This document shows, one piece after another, positions 22,887-34,241 of a DNA stretch of 64,000 nt. The notes under the pieces are model-generated. The model ran no database searches, was not told the origin of the DNA, and saw only the letters and a program-made list of their open reading frames with translations. The stretch lies in NCBI RefSeq assembly GCF_054482595.1, contig NZ_CM137008.1, one strand, 5' to 3'. Position numbers and translations under genes: made by a program. The number at the start of each line of letters is the position of its first letter. The stretch's first letter is position 1.

Positions 22887-23675
22887 ATGCAAACGATTAT
22901 CCGCGTCGAGAAGCTCGCCAAAACCTTCAATCAGCATCAGGCGCTGCATGCGGTTGATCTGAACATTCATCACGGTGAAATGGTGGCTCTGCTTGGGCCG
23001 TCGGGTTCCGGCAAATCCACCCTTTTACGTCACTTAAGCGGCCTGATTGTCGGCGATAAAAAGCCAGAATGCCGCGTCGAACTGCTGGGCCGTACCGTCC
23101 AGCAAAATGGCCGTCTGGCCCGCGATATCCGCAAAAGCCGCGCCCATACCGGCTACATCTTCCAACAATTCAACCTGGTGAACCGCCTGAGCGTACTGGA
23201 GAACGTGCTGATTGGCGCGCTCGGCAGCACGCCGTTCTGGCGCACCTGTTTTAGTTGGTTCACCCGCGAGCAGAAACAGCGCGCGTTACAGGCGCTGACC
23301 CGCGTTGGCATGGTGCATTTTGCCCATCAGCGCGTTTCCACCCTCTCCGGCGGCCAGCAGCAGCGTGTAGCGATTGCCCGCGCGCTGATGCAGCAGGCGA
23401 AGGTGATTCTCGCCGACGAACCGATCGCCTCGCTGGACCCGGAATCGGCGCGCATCGTGATGGACACCCTGCGCGACATCAACCAGAACGACGGCATCAC
23501 CGTGGTCGTCACGCTGCATCAGGTGGATTACGCCCTGCGCTACTGCGAGCGCATCGTCGCCCTGCGTCAGGGGCACGTCTTCTACGACGGCAGCAGCCAA
23601 TTGTTTGATAACGATCGTTTTGACCATCTCTACCGCAGCATTAACCGCGTCGAAGAGAACGCGAAAGCTGCCTGA
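22887..23675 (+). CDS. phnC: phosphonate ABC transporter ATP-binding protein
   Basis: 262 aa; Walker [13 protein letters not shown] signature LSGGQQQR. Confidence 0.93.
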   Translation: MQTIIRVEKLAKTFNQHQALHAVDLNIHHGEMVALLGPSGSGKSTLLRHLSGLIVGDKKPECRVELLGRTVQQNGRLARDIRKSRAHTGYIFQQFNLVNRLSVLENVLIGALGSTPFWRTCFSWFTREQKQRALQALTRVGMVHFAHQRVSTLSGGQQQRVAIARALMQQAKVILADEPIASLDPESARIVMDTLRDINQNDGITVVVTLHQVDYALRYCERIVALRQGHVFYDGSSQLFDNDRFDHLYRSINRVEENAKAA

Positions 23676-23699
23676 CATCCCCATCATTGAGGAAAACGA

Positions 23700-24716
23700 A
23701 TGAACGCTAAGATAATTGCCTCGCTGGCCTTCACCAGCATGTTCAGCCTCAGCACCCTGTTTAGCCCGGCGCACGCCGAAGAGCAGGAAAAGGCGCTGAA
23801 TTTCGGCATTATTTCAACGGAATCACAGCAAAACCTGAAACCGCAATGGACGCCGTTTTTACAGGATATGGAGAAGAAGCTGGGCGTGAAGGTCAACGCC
23901 TTCTTTGCCCCGGACTACGCGGGCATTATCCAGGGAATGCGCTTCAACAAAGTGGATATCGCCTGGTACGGCAACCTGTCGGCAATGGAAGCGGTGGATC
24001 GCGCCAACGGCCAGGTCTTCGCCCAGACGGTCGCGGCGGATGGATCGCCGGGTTACTGGAGCGTGTTGATCGTCAACAAAGACAGTCCGATCAACAACCT
24101 GAGCGATCTGCTGGCGAAGCGGAAAGATCTCACCTTCGGCAATGGCGATCCTAACTCCACCTCTGGCTTCCTCGTCCCCGGTTACTACGTCTTTGCCAAA
24201 AACAATATCTCCGCTAACGACTTTAAGCGCACCGTCAACGCCGGGCATGAAACCAACGCGCTGGCCGTCGCCAACAAGCAGGTGGATGTGGCGACCAACA
24301 ACACCGAAAACCTCGACAAACTGAAAACCTCCGCGCCGGAGAAGCTCAAAGAGCTGAAGGTGATCTGGAAGTCGCCGCTAATCCCAGGCGATCCGATCGT
24401 CTGGCGCAAGAATCTGTCCGAAACCACCAAAGACAAGATCTACGACTTCTTTATGAATTACGGCAAGACGCCGGAAGAGAAAGCGGTGCTGGAACGCCTG
24501 GGCTGGGCGCCGTTCCGCGCCTCCAGCGACCTGCAACTGGTGCCGATTCGCCAGCTCGCGCTGTTTAAAGAGATGCAGGGCGTGAAAAGCAATAAAGGAC
24601 TGAATGAGCAGGACAAGCTGGCAAAAACCACCGAGATTCAGGCGCAGCTGGATGACCTGGACCGCCTGAACAACGCGTTAAGCGCGATGAGTTCGGTGAG
24701 TAAAGCGGTGCAGTAA
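23700..24716 (+). CDS. phnD: phosphonate ABC transporter periplasmic binding protein
   Basis: 338 aa with N-terminal signal peptide. Confidence 0.93.
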   Translation: MNAKIIASLAFTSMFSLSTLFSPAHAEEQEKALNFGIISTESQQNLKPQWTPFLQDMEKKLGVKVNAFFAPDYAGIIQGMRFNKVDIAWYGNLSAMEAVDRANGQVFAQTVAADGSPGYWSVLIVNKDSPINNLSDLLAKRKDLTFGNGDPNSTSGFLVPGYYVFAKNNISANDFKRTVNAGHETNALAVANKQVDVATNNTENLDKLKTSAPEKLKELKVIWKSPLIPGDPIVWRKNLSETTKDKIYDFFMNYGKTPEEKAVLERLGWAPFRASSDLQLVPIRQLALFKEMQGVKSNKGLNEQDKLAKTTEIQAQLDDLDRLNNALSAMSSVSKAVQ

Positions 24717-24720
24717 ATCG

Positions 24721-24808
24721 TAGGTCGGATAAGACGCCCCGGCGTCGCATCCGACAATGTGCAGGCGTTGATGCCGGATGCGGTGCAAGCACCTTATCCG
24801 GCCTACAG
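24721..24808. repeat. REP element pair between phnD and phnE
   Basis: ggtcggataagacgccccggcgtcgcatccgaca ... gatgccggatgcggtg...ccttatccggcctaca. Confidence 0.8.
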
Positions 24809-24821
24809 ACCGGAGCCAAAC

Positions 24822-25601
24822 ATGCAAACCATCACCATCGCCCCACCCAAGCGCAGCTGGTTCTCGCTTCTGAGCTGGGCCGTTGTACTCGCCGTGTTGG
24901 TCGTCTCGTGGCAGGGCGCGGAAATGGCCCCGCTTACGCTGATCAAAGACGGCGGCAACATGGCAACCTTCGCCGCCGACTTCTTCCCGCCCGATTTCAG
25001 CCAGTGGCAGGATTACCTCACCGAAATGGCCGTCACGCTGCAAATCGCCGTCTGGGGCACCGCGCTGGCGGTGGTTCTCTCCATCCCCTTTGGCCTGATG
25101 AGCGCCGAAAACCTGGTGCCGTGGTGGGTTTACCAGCCCGTTCGCCGCCTGATGGACGCCTGCCGCGCCATTAACGAAATGGTCTTCGCCATGCTGTTCG
25201 TGGTCGCCGTCGGCCTCGGCCCGTTCGCTGGCGTGCTGGCGCTGTTTATCCACACCACCGGCGTGCTCTCCAAGCTGCTTTCCGAAGCGGTGGAAGCGAT
25301 TGAACCCGGCCCGGTGGAAGGCATTCGCGCGACCGGCGCTAACAAGCTCGAAGAGATCCTCTACGGCGTGCTGCCGCAGGTGATGCCGCTGCTGATCTCC
25401 TACTCCCTCTATCGCTTCGAATCCAACGTCCGCTCGGCGACCGTCGTCGGCATGGTCGGCGCGGGCGGGATCGGCGTCACGCTGTGGGAAGCGATTCGCG
25501 GTTTCCAGTTCCAGCAAACCTGCGCCCTGATGGTGCTCATCATCGTCACGGTCAGCCTGCTGGATTTCCTCTCTCAACGGTTGCGTAAGCACTTTATCTG
25601 A
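24822..25601 (+). CDS. phnE: phosphonate ABC transporter permease (intact reading frame)
   Basis: 259 aa from ATG at 24822 ([19 protein letters not shown]...), uninterrupted to the stop; the track ORF starts upstream inside the REP element. Confidence 0.88.
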
Positions 25602-25621
25602 TTAGCGAGGCATTGATAGCT

Positions 25622-26347
25622 ATGCACTTGTCTACACATCCGACCAGCTACCCAACACGCTATCAGGAGATAGCCGCAAAACTTGAGCAGGAGCTTCGTC
25701 AACACTACCGCTGCGGCGACTATCTTCCCGCCGAGCAGCAACTGGCGGCGCGCTTTGCGGTGAACCGCCACACCCTGCGTCGCGCCATCGACCAACTGGT
25801 GGAAAAAGGCTGGGTACAGCGCCGTCAGGGCGTCGGCGTGCTGGTGCTGATGCGCCCGTTCGATTACCCGCTCAACGCCCAGGCGCGTTTTAGCCAGAAT
25901 CTGCTGGATCAGGGCAGCCATCCCACCAGCGAAAAACTGCTGTCGGTGCTGCGCCCGGCCTCCGGTCACGTCGCTGACGCGCTGGGGATCAAGGAGGGCG
26001 AGAACGTTATCCACCTGCGCACCCTGCGCCGGGTCAACGGCATCGCGCTCTGTTTGATCGACCACTACTTCGCGGACCTCACCCTCTGGCCGACGCTGCA
26101 ACGCTTCGACAGCGGCTCGCTGCACGATTTTCTGCGCGAGCAAACGGGGATTGCACTGCGCCGCAGCCAGACGCGGATCAGCGCCCGCCGCGCCCAGGCC
26201 AAAGAGAGCCAGCGTCTTGAAATCCCGAATATGTCGCCGCTGCTGTGCGTGCGCACCCTTAACCACCGTGACGGTGAAAGCAGCCCGGCGGAGTACTCCG
26301 TCAGCCTGACGCGCGCCGACATGATTGAATTCACTATGGAGCACTGA
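25622..26347 (+). CDS. phnF: GntR-family regulator of the phn operon
   Basis: 241 aa from ATG at 25622 (MHLSTHPTSYPTRYQEIAAKLEQ...); N-terminal GntR-type HTH. Confidence 0.9.
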   Translation: MHLSTHPTSYPTRYQEIAAKLEQELRQHYRCGDYLPAEQQLAARFAVNRHTLRRAIDQLVEKGWVQRRQGVGVLVLMRPFDYPLNAQARFSQNLLDQGSHPTSEKLLSVLRPASGHVADALGIKEGENVIHLRTLRRVNGIALCLIDHYFADLTLWPTLQRFDSGSLHDFLREQTGIALRRSQTRISARRAQAKESQRLEIPNMSPLLCVRTLNHRDGESSPAEYSVSLTRADMIEFTMEH

Positions 26348-26800
26348 ATGCACGCAGATACCGCGACCCGCCAGCACTGGATGTCCGTACTGGCGCACAG
26401 CCAACCGGCAGAACTGGCAGCACGCCTGAACGCGCTGAACATCACCGCCGACTATGAGGTGATCCGCGCCGCTGAAACTGGCCTGGTACAGATTCAGGCG
26501 CGGATGGGCGGCACCGGCGAACGCTTTTTTGCCGGCGACGCCACGCTCACCCGCGCCGCCGTACGCCTGACTGACGGCACGCTCGGCTACAGCTGGGTGC
26601 TGGGGCGCGACAAACAGCACACCGAACGCTGCGCGCTGATTGACGCGCTGATGCAGCAAACCCGCCACTTTCAAAACTTATTAGAAACTCTTATTGCCCC
26701 GCTGGACGCTGACCGTATGGCACGCATTGCCGCACGCCAGGCCGAAGTGAACGCCAGCCGGGTCGACTTCTTTACGATGGTTCGCGGAGACAACGCATGA
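26348..26800 (+). CDS. phnG: C-P lyase core complex subunit PhnG
   Basis: 150 aa; operon position. Confidence 0.9.
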   Translation: MHADTATRQHWMSVLAHSQPAELAARLNALNITADYEVIRAAETGLVQIQARMGGTGERFFAGDATLTRAAVRLTDGTLGYSWVLGRDKQHTERCALIDALMQQTRHFQNLLETLIAPLDADRMARIAARQAEVNASRVDFFTMVRGDNA

Positions 26801-27381
26801 CCCTGGAAACCGCTTTTATGCTTCCCGTGCAGGATGCCCAGCACAGTTTTCGTCGCCTGTTAAAGGCCATGAGCGAGCCGGGCGTGATTGTCGCCCTGCA
26901 TCAGCTCAAACGCGGCTGGCAGCCGCTGAATATCGCCACCACCAGCGTGCTGCTGACGCTGGCCGATAACGACACGCCGGTGTGGCTTGCCGCGCCATTG
27001 AGCAACGATATCGTCAGCCAGAGCCTGCGTTTTCATACCAACGCGCCGCTGGTCAGCCAGCCGGAACAGGCGACCTTCGCGGTAACGGATGAGGCGATTT
27101 CCAGCGAACAGCTTAACGCCCTTTCCACCGGCACCGCCGTTGCGCCGGAAGCGGGCGCAACGCTGATTTTACAGGTCGCCAGCCTGAGCGGCGGGCGCAT
27201 GCTGCGTCTCACCGGCGCGGGTATTGCCGAAGAACGAATGATCGCCCCGCAGCTGCCGGAGTGCATTCTGCACGAACTCACCGAGCGCCCGCACCCGTTC
27301 CCGCTCGGCATCGACCTGATCCTGACCTGCGGCGAGCGCCTGCTGGCTGTTCCGCGAACCACTCATGTGGAGGTGTGCTGA
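26797..27381 (+). CDS. phnH: C-P lyase core complex subunit PhnH
   Basis: 194 aa; 4-bp overlap with phnG. Confidence 0.9.
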   Translation: MTLETAFMLPVQDAQHSFRRLLKAMSEPGVIVALHQLKRGWQPLNIATTSVLLTLADNDTPVWLAAPLSNDIVSQSLRFHTNAPLVSQPEQATFAVTDEAISSEQLNALSTGTAVAPEAGATLILQVASLSGGRMLRLTGAGIAEERMIAPQLPECILHELTERPHPFPLGIDLILTCGERLLAVPRTTHVEVC

Positions 27382-28445
27382 TGTACGTTGCCGTGAAAGG
27401 GGGCGAGAAGGCGATCGACGCCGCCCACGCCCTGCAAGAGAGCCGACGCCGGGGCGATACCGATTTGCCTGAACTGAGCGTCGCCCAGATTGAACAGCAG
27501 CTTAACCTCGCAGTAGATCGCGTGATGACCGAAGGCGGCATTGCCGACCGCGAACTGGCGGCGCTGGCGCTGAAACAGGCCAGCGGCGATAACGTCGAAG
27601 CAATTTTCCTGCTGCGCGCCTACCGCACCACGCTGGCGAAGCTCGCGGTAAGCGAGCCGCTCGACACCACGGAGATGCGCCTCGAACGGCGTATTTCGGC
27701 GGTTTATAAAGACATTCCCGGCGGCCAGCTGCTTGGCCCAACCTACGACTACACCCATCGCCTGCTCGATTTCACCCTGCTGGCAAACGGCGAAGCGCCG
27801 ACGCTGACCACCGCCGACAGCGAACAACAGCCGTCGCCGCACGTTTTCAGCCTGCTGGCGCGTCAGGGGCTGGCGAAGTTTGAAGAGGATAGCGGCGCAC
27901 AGCCGGATGACATCACCCGCACGCCACCGGTTTACCCCTGCTCACGTTCTTCCCGCCTGCAACAGCTCATGCGCGGCGACGAAGGCTATTTGCTGGCGCT
28001 GGCCTACTCCACCCAACGCGGTTACGGGCGCAATCACCCGTTCGCGGGTGAAATCCGCAGTGGTTACATCGACGTGTCGATTGTGCCGGAAGAGCTGGGA
28101 TTTGCGGTGAACGTCGGCGAACTGCTGATGACTGAGTGTGAAATGGTCAACGGTTTTATCGACCCACCGGATGAATCTCCGCACTTCACGCGCGGCTACG
28201 GGCTGGTGTTCGGCATGAGCGAGCGCAAAGCGATGGCGATGGCGCTGGTCGACCGCGCTCTGCAAGCCCCGGAGTACGGCGAGCACGCGACAGGCCCGGC
28301 GCAGGATGAAGAGTTCGTGCTGGCACATGCCGACAACGTCGAAGCCGCAGGCTTTGTCTCGCACCTCAAACTCCCGCACTACGTCGATTTCCAGGCCGAA
28401 CTGGAGCTACTCAAACGTCTGCAACAGGAGCAGAACCATGGCTAA
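27381..28445 (+). CDS. phnI: C-P lyase core complex subunit PhnI
   Basis: 354 aa from ATG at 27381 preceded by ggagg; the track ORF is extended upstream. Confidence 0.9.
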   Translation: MYVAVKGGEKAIDAAHALQESRRRGDTDLPELSVAQIEQQLNLAVDRVMTEGGIADRELAALALKQASGDNVEAIFLLRAYRTTLAKLAVSEPLDTTEMRLERRISAVYKDIPGGQLLGPTYDYTHRLLDFTLLANGEAPTLTTADSEQQPSPHVFSLLARQGLAKFEEDSGAQPDDITRTPPVYPCSRSSRLQQLMRGDEGYLLALAYSTQRGYGRNHPFAGEIRSGYIDVSIVPEELGFAVNVGELLMTECEMVNGFIDPPDESPHFTRGYGLVFGMSERKAMAMALVDRALQAPEYGEHATGPAQDEEFVLAHADNVEAAGFVSHLKLPHYVDFQAELELLKRLQQEQNHG

Positions 28446-29283
28446 TCTGAGCGGCTACAACTTTGCCTACCTCGACGAGCAGACCAAACGCATGATCCGC
28501 CGCGCCATCTTAAAAGCGGTGGCAATCCCCGGTTATCAGGTGCCGTTTGGCGGGCGCGAGATGCCAATGCCGTACGGCTGGGGAACCGGCGGCATACAGC
28601 TCACCGCCAGCGTGATTGGCGAAAGCGACGTGTTGAAGGTGATTGACCAGGGCGCGGATGACACCACCAACGCCGTGTCGATCCGCAACTTCTTTAAGCG
28701 CGTGACCGGGGTGAATACCACCGAACGCACGGATGATGCGACGGTTATCCAGACGCGTCACCGCATCCCCGAAACGCCGCTGACCGAAGATCAGATAATT
28801 ATCTTCCAGGTGCCGATCCCCGAACCGCTGCGCTTTATCGAGCCGCGCGAAACGGAAACCCGCACCATGCACGCGCTGGAGGAGTACGGCGTGATGCAGG
28901 TGAAGCTGTATGAAGATATCGCCCGCTTCGGTCATATCGCCACCACCTACGCCTATCCGGTGAAGGTAAACGGGCGCTACGTAATGGACCCGTCGCCGAT
29001 CCCGAAATTTGATAACCCGAAAATGGACATGATGCCCGCCCTGCAACTGTTCGGCGCAGGGCGCGAAAAGCGCATCTATGCGGTGCCGCCGTTTACCCGC
29101 GTGGAAAGTCTCGATTTCGACGATCACCCGTTCACCGTTCAGCAGTGGGATGAGCCATGCGCCATCTGCGGAACGACCCACAGCTATCTTGATGAAGTGG
29201 TGCTGGATGACGCCGGAAACCGCATGTTTGTCTGCTCCGATACCGATTATTGCCGCCAACAGAGCGAGGCAAAAAGCCAATGA
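28438..29283 (+). CDS. phnJ: C-P lyase catalytic subunit PhnJ
   Basis: 281 aa from ATG at 28438 (MANLSGYNFAYLDEQTKRMIRR...); C-terminal cysteine cluster (CAICGTTHSYLDE...FVCSDTDYC). Confidence 0.9.
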   Translation: MANLSGYNFAYLDEQTKRMIRRAILKAVAIPGYQVPFGGREMPMPYGWGTGGIQLTASVIGESDVLKVIDQGADDTTNAVSIRNFFKRVTGVNTTERTDDATVIQTRHRIPETPLTEDQIIIFQVPIPEPLRFIEPRETETRTMHALEEYGVMQVKLYEDIARFGHIATTYAYPVKVNGRYVMDPSPIPKFDNPKMDMMPALQLFGAGREKRIYAVPPFTRVESLDFDDHPFTVQQWDEPCAICGTTHSYLDEVVLDDAGNRMFVCSDTDYCRQQSEAKSQ

Positions 29284-30038
29284 ATCAACCGTTACTTTCG
29301 GTCAATAACCTGACCCACCTTTACGCGCCGGGCAAAGGTTTTAGCGATGTCTCTTTTGATTTATGGCCGGGAGAAGTGCTGGGCATTGTCGGGGAATCCG
29401 GCTCCGGGAAGACCACGCTGCTGAAATCAATCTCCGCGCGTCTGACGCCGCAACTGGGGGAGATTCACTATGAAAACCGTTCCCTCTATGGCATGAGCGA
29501 GGCCGACCGCCGTCGCCTGCTGCGCACCGAATGGGGCGTAGTGCATCAGCATCCGCTCGACGGCCTGCGCCGCCAGGTGTCGGCAGGCGGCAATATCGGC
29601 GAGCGGCTGATGGCAACCGGGGCGCGTCATTACGGCGACATTCGCGCTACCGCGCAGAAGTGGCTGGAAGAGGTGGAAATTCCCGCCAACCGGATCGACG
29701 ACCTGCCGACCACCTTTTCCGGCGGTATGCAGCAGCGTTTGCAGATTGCCCGCAACCTGGTGACGCATCCGAAGCTGGTGTTTATGGACGAGCCAACCGG
29801 TGGGCTGGATGTGTCGGTGCAGGCGCGCCTGCTCGATCTGCTGCGCGGCCTGGTGGTGGAGCTGAACCTGGCGGTGGTGATTGTCACCCACGATTTAGGC
29901 GTCGCCCGCCTGCTGGCGGACCGTTTGCTGGTGATGAAGCAGGGGCAAGTGGTGGAGAGTGGGTTAACCGACCGCGTGCTCGACGACCCGCATCATCCGT
30001 ATACACAGCTGCTGGTGTCATCGGTTTTGCAGAATTGA
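29280..30038 (+). CDS. phnK: C-P lyase system ABC-type ATPase PhnK
   Basis: 252 aa from ATG at 29280 ([15 protein letters not shown]...); Walker [10 protein letters not shown]. Confidence 0.9.
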   Translation: MNQPLLSVNNLTHLYAPGKGFSDVSFDLWPGEVLGIVGESGSGKTTLLKSISARLTPQLGEIHYENRSLYGMSEADRRRLLRTEWGVVHQHPLDGLRRQVSAGGNIGERLMATGARHYGDIRATAQKWLEEVEIPANRIDDLPTTFSGGMQQRLQIARNLVTHPKLVFMDEPTGGLDVSVQARLLDLLRGLVVELNLAVVIVTHDLGVARLLADRLLVMKQGQVVESGLTDRVLDDPHHPYTQLLVSSVLQN

Positions 30039-30039
30039 G

Positions 30040-30129
<90 letters not shown>

Positions 30130-30148
30130 CCGAACCACGAGGCGAAAA

Positions 30149-30829
30149 ATGATTAACGTACAAAACGTCAGTAAAACCTTCATCCTGCACCAGCAAAACG
30201 GCGTGCGCCTGCCCGTCCTCAACCGCGCCTCGCTCATCGTCAACGCGGGCGAATGCGTGGTGCTCCACGGCCATTCCGGCAGCGGAAAATCAACCCTGCT
30301 ACGCTCGCTGTACGCCAACTATCTGCCCGACGAAGGGCAAATCCAGATCAAACACGGCGACGAATGGGTCGATCTGGTCACCGCGCCAGCGCGCAAAGTG
30401 GTGGAGATCCGCAAAACCACCGTCGGCTGGGTGAGCCAGTTTCTGCGCGTCATCCCGCGTATTTCAGCACTGGAAGTGGTGATGCAGCCGCTGCTCGATA
30501 CCGGCGTACCGCGTGAAGCCTGCGCCGCTAAAGCCGCGCGTCTGCTCACCCGCCTGAACGTGCCGGAACGCCTGTGGCACCTGGCGCCATCGACCTTCTC
30601 CGGCGGCGAACAGCAGCGCGTCAACATCGCCCGCGGCTTTATCGTCGACTACCCCATTCTGCTGCTCGACGAACCTACCGCCTCGCTGGACGCTAAAAAC
30701 AGCGCCGCCGTAGTGGAACTGATCCGCGAAGCAAAAGCCCGTGGCGCGGCCATCGTCGGCATTTTCCATGACGAAGCCGTACGCAATGACGTCGCCGACC
30801 GCCTGCACCCAATGGGAGCCTCTGCATGA
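30149..30829 (+). CDS. phnL: C-P lyase system ABC-type ATPase PhnL
   Basis: 226 aa from ATG at 30149 ([15 protein letters not shown]...); Walker [10 protein letters not shown]. Confidence 0.9.
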   Translation: MINVQNVSKTFILHQQNGVRLPVLNRASLIVNAGECVVLHGHSGSGKSTLLRSLYANYLPDEGQIQIKHGDEWVDLVTAPARKVVEIRKTTVGWVSQFLRVIPRISALEVVMQPLLDTGVPREACAAKAARLLTRLNVPERLWHLAPSTFSGGEQQRVNIARGFIVDYPILLLDEPTASLDAKNSAAVVELIREAKARGAAIVGIFHDEAVRNDVADRLHPMGASA

Positions 30830-31962
30830 TTATCAATAACGTCAAACTGGTGCTGGAAAACGAAGTGGTAAACGGTTCGCTGGAGATGCAGGACGGCGAA
30901 ATCCGCGCCTTTGCCGAAAGCCAGAGCCGCCTACCGGAGGCGATGGACGGCGAAGGCGGCTGGCTGCTGCCGGGGCTGATTGAGCTGCATACCGATAATC
31001 TGGATAAATTCTTCACCCCGCGCCCGAAAGTTGACTGGCCTGCCCACTCGGCGATGAGCAGCCACGACGCGCTGATGGTGGCGAGCGGCATCACCACCGT
31101 ACTGGACGCCGTGGCAATTGGCGACGTGCGCGACGGCGGCGATCGGCTGGAGAATCTGGAGAAGATGATCAACGCCATCGAAGAGACGCAGAAACGCGGC
31201 GTCAACCGCGCCGAGCACCGTCTGCATCTGCGCTGCGAACTGCCGCATCACACCACGCTGCCGCTGTTTGAAAAACTGGTGCAGCGCGAGCCGGTGACGC
31301 TGGTGTCGCTGATGGACCACTCACCGGGCCAGCGCCAGTTCGCCAACCGCGAGAAGTATCGCGAATATTATCAGGGCAAATACTCGCTCACCGACGCGCA
31401 GATGCAGCAGTATGAAGAGGAACAGCTGGCGCTTGCTGCACGCTGGTCGCAGCCAAATCGCGAATCCATCGCCGCAATGTGCCGCGCGCGACACATTGCG
31501 CTCGCCAGCCACGATGACGCCACCCACGCCCATGTTGCCGAATCCCACCAGCTTGGCAGCGTGATCGCCGAATTTCCCACTACGTTCGAAGCGGCGGAAG
31601 CCTCGCGCAAGCATGGCATGAACGTGCTGATGGGCGCGCCGAATATTGTGCGCGGCGGTTCGCACTCCGGCAACGTGGCGGCCAGTGAACTGGCGCAGCT
31701 TGGCCTGCTGGATATCCTCTCTTCCGACTACTACCCCGCCAGCCTGCTGGATGCGGCGTTCCGCGTCGCCGATGACGAGAGCAACCGCTTTACGCTGCCG
31801 CAGGCGGTGAAGCTGGTGACTAAAAATCCAGCGCAGGCGCTTAATCTCCAGGATCGCGGGGTGATTGGCGAGGGCAAACGCGCCGACCTGGTGCTGGCGC
31901 ATCGCAAGGGCAACCACATTCATATCGACCACGTCTGGCGTCAGGGTAAAAGGGTGTTCTGA
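30826..31962 (+). CDS. phnM: amidohydrolase-family phosphonate pathway enzyme PhnM
   Basis: 378 aa; 4-bp overlap with phnL. Confidence 0.9.
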   Translation: MIINNVKLVLENEVVNGSLEMQDGEIRAFAESQSRLPEAMDGEGGWLLPGLIELHTDNLDKFFTPRPKVDWPAHSAMSSHDALMVASGITTVLDAVAIGDVRDGGDRLENLEKMINAIEETQKRGVNRAEHRLHLRCELPHHTTLPLFEKLVQREPVTLVSLMDHSPGQRQFANREKYREYYQGKYSLTDAQMQQYEEEQLALAARWSQPNRESIAAMCRARHIALASHDDATHAHVAESHQLGSVIAEFPTTFEAAEASRKHGMNVLMGAPNIVRGGSHSGNVAASELAQLGLLDILSSDYYPASLLDAAFRVADDESNRFTLPQAVKLVTKNPAQALNLQDRGVIGEGKRADLVLAHRKGNHIHIDHVWRQGKRVF

Positions 31963-32519
31963 TGACGGGAAAACTGATTTGGTTAATGGGGCCGTCCGGC
32001 TCCGGGAAAGATAGCCTGCTGGCGGAACTCCGCCTGCGGGAACAAACTCAGTTACTGGTGGCGCATCGCTACATCACGCGCGACGCCAGCGCTGGAAGCG
32101 AAAACCATATCGCCCTGAGCGAGCAGGAGTTTTTTACCCGCGCGGGGCAAAACCTACTGGCCTTAAGCTGGCACGCTAACGGTCTGTATTATGGCGTCGG
32201 CGTCGAGATCGACCTCTGGCTGCACGCCGGATTCGACGTGCTGGTCAACGGCTCACGCGCCCATCTGCCGCAGGCGCGGGCGCGCTATGCATCGGCGCTG
32301 CTGCCCATCTGCTTACAGGTGTCGCCGGAGATCCTGCGCCAGCGCCTGGAAAACCGTGGTCGTGAAAACGCCAGTGAAATTAACGCCCGGCTGGCGCGCG
32401 CTGCCCGCTATACTCCACAGGATTGCCATACGCTCAATAATGACGGCAGCCTGCGCCAGTCGGTCGACACGCTGCTGACGCTGATTCATCAGAAGGAGAA
32501 ACACCATGCCTGCTTGTGA
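31962..32519 (+). CDS. phnN: ribose 1,5-bisphosphate phosphokinase PhnN
   Basis: 185 aa; P-loop GPSGSGKDS; 1-bp overlap with phnM stop. Confidence 0.9.
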
Positions 32520-32940
32520 GCTTCGCCCGGCCACGCAGTACGACACCGACGCGGTTTACGCGCTGATTTGTGAGCTAAAACAGGCGGAGTTTGACCATCA
32601 CGCGTTTCGCGTGGGCTTTAACGCCAACCTGCGTGACCCAAACATGCGCTACCATCTGGCGCTGCTGGATGGCGAAGTTGTTGGCATGATCGGCCTGCAT
32701 TTGCAGTTTCATCTGCATCATGTCAACTGGATCGGCGAAATTCAGGAGCTGGTGGTGATGCCGCAGGCGCGCGGTCTGAACGTCGGCAGTAAGTTACTGG
32801 CGTGGGCAGAAGAAGAAGCCCGCCAGGCCGGGGCCGAAATGACCGAGCTTTCCACCAACGTGAAGCGCCACGACGCGCACCGTTTCTATCTGCGCGAAGG
32901 CTACGAGCAGAGCCATTTCCGCTTCACCAAGGCGCTGTAA
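32506..32940 (+). CDS. phnO: aminoalkylphosphonate N-acetyltransferase PhnO
   Basis: 144 aa GNAT-type; overlaps phnN 3' end. Confidence 0.88.
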
Positions 32941-32941
32941 C

Positions 32942-33700
32942 ATGAGCCTGACCCTCACGCTCACGGGCACCGGCGGCGCACAGGGCGTTCCGGCATGGGG
33001 CTGCGAGTGCGCGGCCTGCGCACGAGCGCGACGCTCGCCGCAGTATCGCCGCCAGCCGTGCAGCGGCGTAGTGAAGTTTAACGAGGCTGTCACCCTGATC
33101 GACGCCGGGCTGCACGATCTCACCGATCGCTGGTCGCCAGGATCGTTCCAGCAGTTTTTGCTGACGCATTATCATATGGATCACGTTCAGGGACTGTTTC
33201 CGCTGCGCTGGGGCGTGGGCGATTCGATCCCGGTCTACGGCCCGCCGGATGAACAGGGCTGCGACGATCTGTTTAAACATCCGGGCCTGCTTGATTTCAG
33301 CCACACGGTGGAACCGTTTGTGGTGTTCGATTTGCAGGGGTTGCAGGTGACACCGCTGCCGCTAAACCACTCAAAACTGACCTTCGGTTATCTGCTGGAA
33401 ACGGCACACAGCCGGGTGGCGTGGCTGTCTGACACCGCAGGCCTGCCGGAAAAAACGCTGAAATTTTTACACAATAATCAGCTACAGGTAATGGTGATTG
33501 ATTGCAGCCACCCGCCGCGCGAGGATGCACCGCGTAATCACTGTGATTTAAATACCGTGCTTGCGCTGAATCAGGTTATCCGCTCGCCACGGGTGATTCT
33601 GACCCATATCAGCCACCAGTTTGATGCGTGGCTGATGGAGAACGCGCTGCCGTCAGGGTTTGAGGCGGGGTTTGATGGGATGGAGATTGGGGTGGCGTGA
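32942..33700 (+). CDS. phnP: metallo-beta-lactamase-fold phosphodiesterase PhnP
   Basis: 252 aa; HxHxDH motif ([10 protein letters not shown]). Confidence 0.9.
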   Translation: MSLTLTLTGTGGAQGVPAWGCECAACARARRSPQYRRQPCSGVVKFNEAVTLIDAGLHDLTDRWSPGSFQQFLLTHYHMDHVQGLFPLRWGVGDSIPVYGPPDEQGCDDLFKHPGLLDFSHTVEPFVVFDLQGLQVTPLPLNHSKLTFGYLLETAHSRVAWLSDTAGLPEKTLKFLHNNQLQVMVIDCSHPPREDAPRNHCDLNTVLALNQVIRSPRVILTHISHQFDAWLMENALPSGFEAGFDGMEIGVA

Positions 33701-33732
33701 TGGGGGAGAATGTGCGCGCTGATGCCCTCATC

Positions 33733-33820
33733 CCGGCCCTCTCCCACAGGGAGAGGGAGAAAATCACCCCGTGCACCATCGGTCCCCTCGCCCCTTTGGG
33801 GAGAGGGTTAGGGTGAGGGG
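33733..33820. repeat. GC-rich palindromic intergenic element (family uncertain, possibly Box C-like)
   Basis: ccctctccc-aca-gggagaggg followed by cccctcgcccctttggggagagggttagggtgagggg between convergent phnP and yjdP. Confidence 0.5.
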
Positions 33821-33843
33821 CGATGCCAGCACCCGAGCCTACC

Positions 33844-34173
33844 TCACCGCCCATACTCATCTTCCATTCTCCGCTCTTCATCCTCCAGTTGCCGACGCTC
33901 CTGATCAAGCTGACGTTGGCGATCGTCCAGCTGCCTGCGGCGATCTTCAAACTGGCGGCGGCGGTCGTCATATTGTCTGCGCCGATCGTCGCTCACTTCA
34001 CGCTGCCAGCCGTCGTCGCGCGAATCTTCATAATCTCGCCCACGGTCAGGGTTATAAGCATCGTTAATCGCCTGCTGAATATTGCCAATGGTGTCGTCGA
34101 TAATATCGGCCTGGGCCGGTACGGTGGTCAGCGTGAGCAGGGTGAAAAAAAAGAGCGTGGAGTGGCGTTTCAT
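33844..34173 (-). CDS. yjdP: small secreted low-complexity protein YjdP
   Basis: 109 aa; N-terminal signal peptide; C-terminal DDRRRQ/ERRQ repeats; convergent with phnP as in K-12. Confidence 0.75.
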   Translation of the reverse strand: MKRHSTLFFFTLLTLTTVPAQADIIDDTIGNIQQAINDAYNPDRGRDYEDSRDDGWQREVSDDRRRQYDDRRRQFEDRRRQLDDRQRQLDQERRQLEDEERRMEDEYGR

Positions 34174-34241
34174 AAACTCGGCCTCGCAACAAAGTTAATA
34201 CAAGGTAGGCAAAGGTGCCTGTTACGAGTAGAGGAGGATTC

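Noticed and set aside
24678-26674. Long minus-strand ORFs (304 aa and 366 aa) across phnE, phnF and phnG
   Set aside because: Antisense to the phn operon; Arg/Ala/Gly-rich translations typical of GC-rich antisense frames
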